A stretch of 64,000 bases of DNA from Acidobacteriota bacterium (GTDB taxonomy: Bacteria > Acidobacteriota > UBA6911 > RPQK01 > G965248645), in contig OZ252113.1 in NCBI GenBank assembly GCA_965248645.1, positions 219,522-283,521 of the forward strand, read 5' to 3'. Position numbers and translations under genes: made by a program. The notes below the pieces were generated by a model that was not told the DNA's origin, made no database searches, and worked only from the letters and a program-made list of their open reading frames with translations. Positions 30,256 through 39,861 of this stretch are shown in pieces; position 1 is the first letter of the stretch, and each line of letters begins with the position of its first letter.

Positions 30256-30828
30256 ATGAGGGAATACCGAAACATGGTGGTGGCCTTTGTTCTGGTCGTA
30301 TTGGCTTTTCTAGTGACCTACTTCCTTTACCACCTCGAGCGAAAACGCCAGAGTGAAGGGCTGCAAAGTGACCACCAGACCTTAGCCATGGACTCGAGTC
30401 TCTTGGAAGCTCAGAGCTTAGGTAAAGTCGAGGTCGCTATTTACGTCTACCGGCCTGGAGCAACCGTGCCCGATCAGGACTTCCTGTCGGTTCAGCAAGG
30501 ATGGATCTTGCAGACCCAAGATCCTATGCTCAATGCTCGCCAGATCGTAAGTGAAGTGATCCGAGGGTCCCGTGGCGATGGCTATTTTGATGAAGAGGCC
30601 CGATTCTTGGAAATTTATCTACTAGAAGATACTGCCGTTGTGGATTTATCAGCTAAGTTTTCAGAGTTACCCGTAGCAGGTGTCACATTCGAGTTGGCTA
30701 CCCTTTACTCGATCACTCGCTCTTTGGTGGAGAACATCCCTGAGATCAAACAAGTGAAATTCTTGGTCAATGGGAAAGACCAATCCACTTTTGCGGGGCA
30801 TGTTTTCATCCATGAGCCCTTCATGTAA
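30256..30828 (+). CDS. GerMN-domain protein
   Basis: 190 aa. N-terminal TM segment. The C-terminal region ([23 protein letters not shown]...[13 protein letters not shown]...[11 protein letters not shown]) fits the GerMN fold pattern. Confidence 0.5.
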   Translation: MREYRNMVVAFVLVVLAFLVTYFLYHLERKRQSEGLQSDHQTLAMDSSLLEAQSLGKVEVAIYVYRPGATVPDQDFLSVQQGWILQTQDPMLNARQIVSEVIRGSRGDGYFDEEARFLEIYLLEDTAVVDLSAKFSELPVAGVTFELATLYSITRSLVENIPEIKQVKFLVNGKDQSTFAGHVFIHEPFM

Positions 30829-30838
30829 AATGCTTGGC

Positions 30839-31630
30839 ATGTTGGTGAGAAAGGATTTACGGGCTCTAAGTCAGCTGCGGCCGGTTACGATTCTGGCTAA
30901 TTACAGTAAATATGCCGAGGGTTCAGTACTGATCCAATGTGGAGACACGCGACTGATCTGTACCGCCAGTGTGGAAAACAAAGTGCCATACTTTTTAAAG
31001 GGAGCCGGAAAAGGATGGATTACCTCAGAGTACGGCATGATCCCGCGTTCCACCAGCACTCGTATGGCTCGAGAGTCGTCCAGGGGTCGACCCTCAGGTA
31101 GGACTCAAGAGATCCAGCGTCTCATTGGACGTTCCCTTAGGTCGGTTGTCGACATGCGGGTTCTGGGCGAACGGACCATCTGGTTGGACTGTGATGTCGT
31201 TCAGGCTGATGGAGGTACTCGCACAGCCGCGATCACCGGTTCCTTTGTGGCCCTGGCGTTGGCAGTCGCTGAACTCCGACGGAAAAAGTTGCTCGAGAGG
31301 TCACCACTCTTGGCTTATGTGGCAGCCGTCAGTGTGGGAATCGTCGATGGTACACCCCGACTGGATCTCAATTATGAGGAGGATCTGAGAGCTGAAGTGG
31401 ACATGAATGTGGTGATGACTAATCGGGAGCATTTTGTTGAGGTCCAGGGGACTGCCGAGGGGCAACCCTTTTCTCGAGAACAGTTGGATAGTCTGCTGGA
31501 CCTAGCCCGAAAAGGGATCGGTGAGCTGATCCAACACCAACAAGCTACCCTTCTGGAGGAAATGGAGGAAGTTTCCAGTTTATTCCCTGAAACGACAAAA
31601 ATTGCACTTACTTCTAGCGACGAAGAATAG
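30839..31630 (+). CDS. rph: Ribonuclease PH
   Basis: [46 protein letters not shown] matches the RNase PH N-terminus. The start is set at the internal ATG (the ORF-track start at 30770 overlaps the GerMN gene). Confidence 0.85.
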   Translation: MLVRKDLRALSQLRPVTILANYSKYAEGSVLIQCGDTRLICTASVENKVPYFLKGAGKGWITSEYGMIPRSTSTRMARESSRGRPSGRTQEIQRLIGRSLRSVVDMRVLGERTIWLDCDVVQADGGTRTAAITGSFVALALAVAELRRKKLLERSPLLAYVAAVSVGIVDGTPRLDLNYEEDLRAEVDMNVVMTNREHFVEVQGTAEGQPFSREQLDSLLDLARKGIGELIQHQQATLLEEMEEVSSLFPETTKIALTSSDEE

Positions 31631-32201
31631 GGGTAAAATCGAGGAGATTCAAATTTCTCTTCGAGGATTGGACATTGATTTCGAGTCTCTACCGACGCAA
31701 GGCGATCTGTCCGAACCGACAGAAAACGGTTCTACTTTTGGCCAGAATGCCCGCATCAAGGCTGAGCATTACTATCGCCTGAGTGGAATTCCTGCTCTGG
31801 CCGATGATTCTGGATTGGTGATTGATGTCTTGCAAGGGGCGCCAGGTGTCCGATCGGCACGCTTTGCGCCGACAGATGAACGGCGGATAGAAAAACTGCT
31901 GAGGAAGCTGGGAAACTTGGGTCATGCGGAGTTGGATCGGAGGCGAACAGCACGGTTCATTTGTGCTCTTTGCCTATATCTGCCGGGTCAAATCATCGAA
32001 GTGGAGGGCACGGTAGAAGGTCAGATTACCGAGGAGCCCTGTGGCAGCGCGGGATTTGGCTATGACCCGATCTTTTACTATCCTCCTCTCGACAAGACAT
32101 TCGGGGAGATGAGTTCCTCCCAAAAAAGCACCATTTCTCATCGGGGCCGCGCCCTACAAGAATTGAGGTTCCACCTAGCCCAGATTTCTCATGGGATGTA
32201 A
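31602..32201 (+). CDS. rdgB: dITP/XTP pyrophosphatase (Maf/Ham1 family)
   Basis: 199 aa. [37 protein letters not shown], and GFGYDPIFY....KTF.EM....K..ISHRG.A. Confidence 0.85.
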   Translation: MHLLLATKNRGKIEEIQISLRGLDIDFESLPTQGDLSEPTENGSTFGQNARIKAEHYYRLSGIPALADDSGLVIDVLQGAPGVRSARFAPTDERRIEKLLRKLGNLGHAELDRRRTARFICALCLYLPGQIIEVEGTVEGQITEEPCGSAGFGYDPIFYYPPLDKTFGEMSSSQKSTISHRGRALQELRFHLAQISHGM

Positions 32202-33016
32202 TAAAATGTCAGCTTCTTGTTTAATAAAGTTTGTTATAAAAATTATTTAGGAATTACAGGGTCTTTCCCTATCAGACTCTGCAGAGTTTGGAGTCAGGAG
32301 CGGCGAGTAGTCCGCAAGGGAACGCGGAAAATCACATTAAAGAGCAGTAGCTGGAGCTGTTTACCGACTGCGCTTCCACCAGCCGAACGAAGTCCAACCA
32401 GCTGCTGCTATGGTTTTCCACAGTTACCTATAACCTGCTACGGATGCTGAGACGGGTGGTGTTGGCCCACCACCCAGTGGGCTTGGGATCAGTGCCAGAT
32501 GATCCGGTTGAAGCTCTTGAAGAATCGGGGGGCCACAGATGCGGGGCAGTCTCCGCCAGGTTAGCTTCTCCCTGAGCGAGGACTTATTCCTACCAAGAAG
32601 CTTTTTCCCAAGTTCTAGCTCATCTGCAACGGACCAGCTGCCCCCCCTTCCAGATGCGCGTAACCTATCCACTCGAGGTGTCTGTGAAAAACCGGTTTTT
32701 GACCTCCTACGGGGATCCTCATTGCCACTGGTTGACCTCAAGCAGTGCTACCCTGTGTCATTTCGTCTCTAGTAGATCCCAAGAATCAACAAGATTACTC
32801 ACAACCTCCCTTGAATACTCACTCTGTAATAAATGTGGACTAGGGGCTAACTTCGGTGAGAAAAGGGGGTGTCCTGGAAACACCAGTCACCGACTTTTCC
32901 TACAAGGTGGCGGCGGGAGGGGCTAATCTGTTTGTCGCTTCTCCGCATGATGTGCTGTAGCATCATGTTCATCTTCGCTTCGCGACCTTGGTTCCGTCGC
33001 GCTCGTCACGGGACTC

Positions 33017-35083
33017 TTATCGGGAATGCAACAGGAGTTTTTCCAGCTGCTCTGGGGATGTGACTGGTTTTTGGCAAATGTAATCCTGGCACACATAAGC
33101 GGCGGTTTTTCCATCGATAATGCTCTTTCCTGCCAGAAGAGGAACTTTTTCAGCTAGATTTTGGTCCACTACTTCCGCGATGGCTATTACCTTGCATGGC
33201 AGGAATAGGGTTCGAAGAGGTTGAAGAAGCTTTTCTCTCTCATCGCGAGGTCCAATCAAAGCAATTTCCTCGACCGGGCCGAAGAAAAAATCTAATGCTT
33301 GAAGCCAATAGCCAAACGCCATGGGGTGACGAGAAAGAGAGTTGGCCATGTAGCGCAGGATTTGTTCGCCTTGTTGGTAATATCTTTTTTCACCGACTAA
33401 TTTAGCCAACCGAAGCAGGTTAAAACAGCTCACTGAGTTCCCGCTGGGAGTCGCGTTGTCAAAGTACTCTTTCTGTCTCACCAACAAGGATTCATGGTCA
33501 GAAGAAGTGAAGAAAAAATCTCCTATTCCGGTATCCTGGAAGAGTGTGCACTGAAGTTCCATCAGGTCACGTGCCCAATCCAACCACTGGGTATCACCCG
33601 AGGCCTGGTAGGTGGTTAACAAACCTTCAATTACCAGAGCGTAGTCTTCCAAATAGGCATTTAGCTTGGTTTTTCCATCCTTCCAACTTCGCATCAGTCT
33701 GCCCTTGACCATCATCTCAGTCACCAGAAATTGTGCATTCCGTAGTGAAACGTTCAGATAGTCAGCTCGATTGAATACCCATGCCGCCTGGGAAAAAGCG
33801 GTGAGCATCAGGCCATTCCATGCGGCTAAAACCTTCTCGTCTCTACCTGGAGCGATCCGTTTTCCCCGGGCCTGAAAAAGCTTTTTACGATGTTGGTCAA
33901 GGAGTCTTTTCAGCTCGGCACCTGACATATGCAAGTTAGAGGCAAAGGCATTGAGGTCCATCCGAGGGTGTAAGATGTTCTTATCCTCGAAATTACCGGC
34001 CCTCGTGACATCGAAATAGTCGGCGAACAACCTAACCTCCTCTTTACCCAACACTGCCTGGACCTCGGCCATGGACCAGAGAAAAAATTTACCCTCCTCT
34101 CCTTCGCTATCGGCATCCTGTGAAGAATAGAAACCTCCAGCAGGGTCGAGCATTTCACGCTGAACGTAGGTCAGCGTTTCTTCAACGATCTGTCGAAAGA
34201 GGGGCTCTCCAGTAGCCTGATAGGCTTCCAAGTAGAGCCGAGTCAAGAGAGCATTGTCATAAAGCATCTTTTCAAAGTGAGGTACCAACCATCGCTCATC
34301 TACCGAATAGCGGTGAAAGCCCCCTCCCAACTGATCGTAGATTCCTCCATGGGCCATTTCACGGAGGCTAAGATTTATCATTTCAAGAGCACTGACATTC
34401 CTTTTGCGATGGTAGAATCGGAGTAAGAAACCTAGATTCATGGCACTGGGAAATTTAGGTGCTCCCCCGAAACCTCCGTGGTGAGGGTCAAACTGTCGTG
34501 AGAGACTGGTATAAGCTTTTTCTAGGATGGTTTCATCAACGATGCTGGCAGTGGCATTGAGTTGCGCTGCCGCTGTCAACCGTTTAAGAGTTTCTTCGTG
34601 TCCTCTTTCGAGTTTCTGGCGCTGCTCTTTGTACATTTTAGAGATCGTTTGCAGCACCCGTTTGAACCCCGGGCGACCGTAATGGTCATGCGGAGGGAAG
34701 TACGTTCCTCCGAAAAAAGGCATCTGTTCGGGTGTGAGAAAGGTGGTCAAGGGCCAACCTCCCGATCCCGTCGTCATCTGGACATAGCTCATATAGATCG
34801 CGTCCAAATCCGGACGCTCTTCCCGATCTACCTTGATGTTGATGAAGTGTTCATTCATCAATTCGGCAATCTCTTCATCTTCGAAGGACTCGTGCTCCAT
34901 CACATGACACCAGTGACAAGCCGAGTAGCCGATGCTCAGCAAGATCGCTTTGTCCTGTTCTCGGGCTGCCCTGAGTGCTTCCTCACCCCAGGGATACCAA
35001 TCCACTGGATTATAGGCATGCTGCCGGAGGTAAGGGCTACTCTCGTGCTCTAAGCGATTAGCTGATTTGACGTTTTTATCCAT
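33017..35083 (-). CDS. Thioredoxin-domain protein of the DUF255/YyaL family (thioredoxin-like domain + six-hairpin glycosidase-like domain)
   Basis: 688 aa. [75 protein letters not shown] is the DUF255 signature. Confidence 0.85.
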   Translation of the reverse strand: MDKNVKSANRLEHESSPYLRQHAYNPVDWYPWGEEALRAAREQDKAILLSIGYSACHWCHVMEHESFEDEEIAELMNEHFINIKVDREERPDLDAIYMSYVQMTTGSGGWPLTTFLTPEQMPFFGGTYFPPHDHYGRPGFKRVLQTISKMYKEQRQKLERGHEETLKRLTAAAQLNATASIVDETILEKAYTSLSRQFDPHHGGFGGAPKFPSAMNLGFLLRFYHRKRNVSALEMINLSLREMAHGGIYDQLGGGFHRYSVDERWLVPHFEKMLYDNALLTRLYLEAYQATGEPLFRQIVEETLTYVQREMLDPAGGFYSSQDADSEGEEGKFFLWSMAEVQAVLGKEEVRLFADYFDVTRAGNFEDKNILHPRMDLNAFASNLHMSGAELKRLLDQHRKKLFQARGKRIAPGRDEKVLAAWNGLMLTAFSQAAWVFNRADYLNVSLRNAQFLVTEMMVKGRLMRSWKDGKTKLNAYLEDYALVIEGLLTTYQASGDTQWLDWARDLMELQCTLFQDTGIGDFFFTSSDHESLLVRQKEYFDNATPSGNSVSCFNLLRLAKLVGEKRYYQQGEQILRYMANSLSRHPMAFGYWLQALDFFFGPVEEIALIGPRDEREKLLQPLRTLFLPCKVIAIAEVVDQNLAEKVPLLAGKSIIDGKTAAYVCQDYICQKPVTSPEQLEKLLLHSR

Positions 35084-35256
35084 GATATCGATATTTTATC
35101 ACGTGTATATTTGATCTGGACAGAACGACTTTGTGATCTGATCGTCCCTTGGTTATTCAACAGGCTAAAAACAATACCCAGTAGAATATGGGTGATCAGG
35201 TCAGAGGTGTGAACTTGTCTAAAGCGAATCCGTTTCAGTTCAGTGTAGAGACTCGA

Positions 35257-35526
35257 CTAGTGTTGCCTGCAGTCGACGCTCCTAGGTGGTTTTCGGGTGC
35301 AGGCGATTGACTCGGTCATTCCGGAGACTAACTGGGCGCAGGCGTTGTCAATTGCCGTCTGCCGAGCTTCTTCTCTGGTCGCTCCAGCGGCAGTCCGACA
35401 GGCTACCTGACCTCGAACTTCAACGCACACTTCACACTGAAACTTACTGAGGTTAAATGAAGAATAGATCACATAGCCAACGAAGATTAGAAAGAAAGCG
35501 ACAATAAATATCCTAGGGAGATTCAT
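35257..35526 (-). CDS. Small cysteine-rich exported/membrane protein
   Basis: 89 aa. N-terminal hydrophobic helix, then about seven Cys (CEVCVEV..ACRTAAG..NACAQL..IAC..VDC). No family assigned. Confidence 0.3.
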   Translation of the reverse strand: MNLPRIFIVAFFLIFVGYVIYSSFNLSKFQCEVCVEVRGQVACRTAAGATREEARQTAIDNACAQLVSGMTESIACTRKPPRSVDCRQH

Positions 35527-35899
35527 TCAGATCAAATTATACCTCTCCAGTCCCTATAAAGAGAGCAAGGCGCTTCTCTGCGGCCGGTGTGTAAAATGCG
35601 AGCTAATGTTATTTAAGCCGGCAAACCTTGGAATCTTCCAGATTTTGGATCATAAGTTGCATATGATGATGGCAGGCCTGGGTGAGATCAGGAGTGTAGA
35701 GGAAGACATTTCTTGGAACAGCCTGGATGTGTTGAATAGTGGTTATGGGATGTGCCAGGTGAATCTCAGGACCTTTCAAGGTCTGGCTATTATCGGTGGG
35801 GTGATTACAGTAGGATGGATCATGCCGATGGGGGGGGCTTGCCGAGAGGGTTTTAATGCGCAACATTCAGGTATGCCTGGCCTGAGAAAGGAGATCGAG

Positions 35900-36730
35900 A
35901 TGCCTTCTCCCAGCATTGAAGAACTATTTGATCTTTCTGGTAAAGCAGCCCTGATCACCGGTGGGGCTCGAAACCTGGGATTCGATATGGCGATGGCCCT
36001 GGCAGAGGCTGGGACAGATATTGCCATTACGAGTCGAACACTTAAGAACGCGGAGAGTTCCGCTGTTAAGATCGCCGACGAGACGGGCCGACGGACTGCC
36101 GGTTTCGAGTGTGATGTACGGGAAGAATGGCAAGTCAAGCGTGTAGTCGAGCAGATGCTATCCGAATTCGGGCGAATTGACATACTCGTTAACAATGCCG
36201 GTAATGTCGTCAGCACTCCTGAGCAGGCGGGAATGGAAGTACGGCCTAGCGAATTGTGGCATGATACGATAGCGGTCAATCTGAATGGTGTATTTTATTG
36301 CAGCAAGCACGTGGTAGCCAAGGCTATGAAACCCGCCAACCATGGTGTGGTCGTGAACATCAGCTCCACCGCGGGCATAATCGGTAAGGATCGCCGCGTT
36401 TACAAGGGAACCGATATGGGCGGAGCGACCATTGATTATCATGCGGCCAAGGGTGGGGTCATCAACATGACTCGGGACATGGCTGTTTACTTAGCCCAGT
36501 ACAACATTCGGGTCAACTGTATAAGCCCCGGAGGATTCTTCCGTCATCAAGCTGAATCTTTTGTCAGAGCGTTTAGTGAAACGATTCCTATGGGCCGAAT
36601 GGGCCGAATGGGCCGAATGGGCCAAGATGGCAAGGAGATGAAAGGTCCTGTCGTCTTTCTTGCCTCGGAGGCCTCCAGCTATGTAACTGGACACAACCTA
36701 GTTGTTGACGGTGGGTTGACGGTTTGGTAA
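35900..36730 (+). CDS. Short-chain dehydrogenase/reductase (SDR) with an internal (GRM)n repeat insertion
   Basis: Start set at MPSPSIEELFDLSGKAALITGGARNLG (TGxxxGxG). Catalytic Y..K in VNISSTAGIIG...YHAAKGG. The C-terminus reads TIPMGRMGRMGRMGQDGKEMKGPVVFLASEASSYVTG. The 374-aa ORF beginning at 35606 is probably over-extended. Confidence 0.8.
   Translation: MPSPSIEELFDLSGKAALITGGARNLGFDMAMALAEAGTDIAITSRTLKNAESSAVKIADETGRRTAGFECDVREEWQVKRVVEQMLSEFGRIDILVNNAGNVVSTPEQAGMEVRPSELWHDTIAVNLNGVFYCSKHVVAKAMKPANHGVVVNISSTAGIIGKDRRVYKGTDMGGATIDYHAAKGGVINMTRDMAVYLAQYNIRVNCISPGGFFRHQAESFVRAFSETIPMGRMGRMGRMGQDGKEMKGPVVFLASEASSYVTGHNLVVDGGLTVW
36590..36625. repeat. Tandem 9-bp repeat ATGGGCCGA x3, plus one variant unit ATGGGCCAA, in-frame inside the SDR gene
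   Basis: Read directly: ATGGGCCGAATGGGCCGAATGGGCCGAATGGGCCAA, encoding MGRMGRMGRMGQ. Canonical SDRs have a single GRMG at this position. Confidence 0.85.
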
Positions 36731-36784
36731 CTCCTCAAAAGCAGCTCCTCGGGGTAAGAGAACTTGACCTAATGGGCGTCTTTG

Positions 36785-38110
36785 TCAAAATGCTCGAAGC
36801 TTACATCTTTTTGAAATTAGGGCAAGAGCCTTTTCTATGAGCATGAGGGCGGGAGTCTTGAATCGATCAGGGCGGAAGGGTGTGGTGTCGATGCTAGTCG
36901 GCCGACCACTGACGAGTTCGGTGATGAGCTTGCCAGTCATGGCCGCTGCAGTGAGGCCGAGGTGCCCGTGACCGAAGGCAAAATAGACCGAATCGTGTTT
37001 GGGCGATCGACCAATGACGGGCAGGGAGTCGGGCATGGAGGGTCGGCAACCCATCCACCGTGTCGCGCCATCGGCGTTAACGTCGGGGAGGATGCGCCGT
37101 AGCGCATGAAGAAGATTGTCAGCACGGGAATAGTTTGGGGGTGCACCGATGCCCGCGAATTCCACGGTTCCGGCTAAGCGAAGTCCCGCCTGCATTGGCG
37201 TCATACCGAAATAGTAATCGCCACAAACAACTGCTCTCTTCAGCTCGATTCCGGGTCGGGGAAGCATGAGGTGATAGCCACGCTCTGTGTCTAATGGTAG
37301 TCTGCTGCCGAGCAGAGCCGCCAGTCCTTTTGAGTGTGCACCAGTAGCTAGAACCAGACGGTTCAGCTTGTGCCGACCTATATTTGTGCAGACTGTCGAT
37401 GAGCCTGCTGGCTCGATCTCAAAGCTGATTACCTTCTGTCTCAGGATATGCCCGCCGCGGCGAGTGAAGTCGAGAGCCAGCAGCTGGGTCAATCGAAGCG
37501 GATCAGTCGTGTGGGACGTTTCGGGGAAGAACACGCCACGGCTGAACTTGTCAGACAGAGTGGGCTCCAGTGCACCAATTTGTTTCGAATCAAGGAACTG
37601 AAGCTTGACACCCCGCCGCGCCAATAACTCAAACTTTGGCCTGGTTTTTTCGAAGGTCCGGTCAGTGAGAAAGACATCCAGCCGACCCTTGGGGACGATC
37701 AGATGTTCGGCCCTGGCCCGTCTGAGGAGGCAACTAAATGTTTCTAGTGGTTCTCGCGTCAGTGTGTACAATGCCTTGGCGATTGACTCGACGTGATTCA
37801 CTGAGCTAGCGGCGACGAAGCGGAGGAGCCAGGGAAGCAACCGCGGCAGGTAGCGCCAGCGGATAGTGAGTGGCCCCAGGGGATCAAGAAGCATACCGGG
37901 GACGGCTTTGACGATTCCCGGCATGCCCACGGGCACACAATATCCGGCCACAAACTGGCCTCCACTTCCCTGGGAACAACCTTCGCCAGGCCCCCCCTGG
38001 TCCAAAATGGTCACCTGGTAGCCGTCTCGTTGTAGATAGAGCGCACAGCACACACCTACGATTCCGGCGCCGATGACTGTTACCTGACTATCTTTTCCCT
38101 GCGGGCTCAC
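36785..38110 (-). CDS. FAD-dependent oxidoreductase, DAO family (D-amino-acid dehydrogenase / glycine-oxidase-like)
   Basis: 441 aa. N-terminal VTVIGAGIVGVCCALYL..G..V.ILD dinucleotide fold and the C-terminal GHGHLGLT motif. Confidence 0.75.
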   Translation of the reverse strand: MSPQGKDSQVTVIGAGIVGVCCALYLQRDGYQVTILDQGGPGEGCSQGSGGQFVAGYCVPVGMPGIVKAVPGMLLDPLGPLTIRWRYLPRLLPWLLRFVAASSVNHVESIAKALYTLTREPLETFSCLLRRARAEHLIVPKGRLDVFLTDRTFEKTRPKFELLARRGVKLQFLDSKQIGALEPTLSDKFSRGVFFPETSHTTDPLRLTQLLALDFTRRGGHILRQKVISFEIEPAGSSTVCTNIGRHKLNRLVLATGAHSKGLAALLGSRLPLDTERGYHLMLPRPGIELKRAVVCGDYYFGMTPMQAGLRLAGTVEFAGIGAPPNYSRADNLLHALRRILPDVNADGATRWMGCRPSMPDSLPVIGRSPKHDSVYFAFGHGHLGLTAAAMTGKLITELVSGRPTSIDTTPFRPDRFKTPALMLIEKALALISKRCKLRAF

Positions 38111-39861
38111 CTGGATAACGCTCTCCGTTCACGAAGGCATTTCGTGGCTCTCTGATCAATGGTGGGGAGTGTACCGTCGATGATAGCGACACCATATGCT
38201 TCTTCAGCATGCCCGATTGAGATCTTCTGCTCGATCACATCGAGCAGCACGTGTCGCGGGTCACGCTGGAACGGGTCGCCGTAGCCCCCTCCCCCGGCGG
38301 TGACGTGGCGAAATAGTTCGCCGCGGCGAAGCAAAACAGGATTCATCGGCAGAACGGGTAGGATGGTCTGGGCTGGGCCCGGATTAACTAAGTTCCACGA
38401 TGGTGCACCCTCTTTGCCACCGAACAGGCCGTAAGGCCGGTGACTTCGCTTGTCGGAGCGGACGTTAAGGGACAGTTTGTCAGCTAACACCCGGTAATCC
38501 CGTACGACAGAGAGCCCGCCGCGGTGTTTACCTGGGCCGCCAGTGTCGGGCAGGAATCCATATCGCTCAATTTGAAGAGGCTGCTCCACCTCGATCATTT
38601 CGATCGGTACGTTGGCGACGTTCGCTCCCAGGTGTGGCACTCCCTCCTGGCCGTCGTGGAAAGCCGTAGCTCCCCAGCTTCCCATCAGGCACTCACAAAA
38701 TACAATGGGTCGGCCATCCTTCCATCCACCAAAGGTCGGAAGAGTTGAACCGCCACTTCCGTCGGCAGCGACTCGTTTGGGTACGGCCTGGGCCAAGGCG
38801 CCGAAGAGACAGTCGATCATACGGTAACCCGTGATACCCCTAGCGCCAGTCGGGCCGGGAAAGGTGGGATTGGCAATCGATCCGCTCGGTGCCGTTACCG
38901 AAATTGGGCGGGTATAGCCATGGCAGTTGGGAACATCTTGGTCCATGATGCTGCGCAGGGCCGTATAGGCACAGGAGCGAGTGAAGGGTAATGGAGAGTT
39001 AACGCCTCCTGCAATCTGAGTGGAGGAACCGCTCCAGTCGACATGAACCCTATCATTTTCAACGCTCAGAGTGACCTGTAAGACAATTGGCTGCGGATCA
39101 TCCCCGATACCGTCAATATGATGTCTAAATTGATAGGTCCCGTCAGGGATCTTGGCAATGTGGGCGCGGGAAAGATGCTCCGCATAGTCGTGCAGGTGCT
39201 CGATATAGTGGCCGATCGTCTGGTAGCCATACCTCGCGATAAGCTGCTGCAACTCACGCTCTCCTGTGGTGGCTGCGGCCATTTGTGCCTGGAGATCCCC
39301 CAAGACCTTGTCGGGTGTGCGGACATTAGTCGCGATGAGGTCCCAGATGGCCTGATTGGGTTTGCCTTTCTCGACGAACTTGATGAGGGGGATGCGCAAC
39401 CCTTCCTGGTAAATCTCGACTGCTCCCAGTGCGTTTCCGCCAGCTACGATACCTCCCACATCGCTGTGGTGGGCAATAGTTGTAGCCCATGCGGACAGTA
39501 TCCCCTCGGCAAAAATAGGCTTGATGATGTAGATGTCGGGCAGGTGCTGTCCCGCTGCGGTGTAGGGATCGTTGCAGATAAACACGTCGCCGCTGGTAAT
39601 GCGGCCCTGGTAACGGTTGATCAACAGGCGCATTGTGTCGTAGAAGCTGCCCAGGTGCATCGGTACCGTCACGCCCTGGGCCACGGTCTGGCCTTTTGCG
39701 TCACAGATCGCAGTTGAAAAGTCCATCGCGTCACGGACAATTCCGGAATAGGAGGTACGCATGAGGATGAGAGCCATGTTATCGGCAATCGTATCGAAGG
39801 CGTTCTGAAGGACCTCGAGCAGAAAAGGGTCGATGTTAGTGAAGGATTTGGAGACTGCCAT
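38107..39861 (-). CDS. hyuB: Hydantoinase B / 5-oxoprolinase subunit (HyuB family)
   Basis: 584 aa. Beginning DPFLLEVLQNAFDTIADNMALILMRTSYSGIVRDAMDFSTAICDAKGQ, typical of Hydantoinase_B. 4-nt overlap with the downstream oxidoreductase. Confidence 0.85.
   Translation of the reverse strand: MAVSKSFTNIDPFLLEVLQNAFDTIADNMALILMRTSYSGIVRDAMDFSTAICDAKGQTVAQGVTVPMHLGSFYDTMRLLINRYQGRITSGDVFICNDPYTAAGQHLPDIYIIKPIFAEGILSAWATTIAHHSDVGGIVAGGNALGAVEIYQEGLRIPLIKFVEKGKPNQAIWDLIATNVRTPDKVLGDLQAQMAAATTGERELQQLIARYGYQTIGHYIEHLHDYAEHLSRAHIAKIPDGTYQFRHHIDGIGDDPQPIVLQVTLSVENDRVHVDWSGSSTQIAGGVNSPLPFTRSCAYTALRSIMDQDVPNCHGYTRPISVTAPSGSIANPTFPGPTGARGITGYRMIDCLFGALAQAVPKRVAADGSGGSTLPTFGGWKDGRPIVFCECLMGSWGATAFHDGQEGVPHLGANVANVPIEMIEVEQPLQIERYGFLPDTGGPGKHRGGLSVVRDYRVLADKLSLNVRSDKRSHRPYGLFGGKEGAPSWNLVNPGPAQTILPVLPMNPVLLRRGELFRHVTAGGGGYGDPFQRDPRHVLLDVIEQKISIGHAEEAYGVAIIDGTLPTIDQRATKCLRERRALSR

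Noticed and set aside
35606-35899. 5' extension of the SDR ORF (374 aa)
   Set aside because: SDR homology and the TGxxxGxG motif begin at the Met at 35900, which has a good RBS. The upstream part has no homology.
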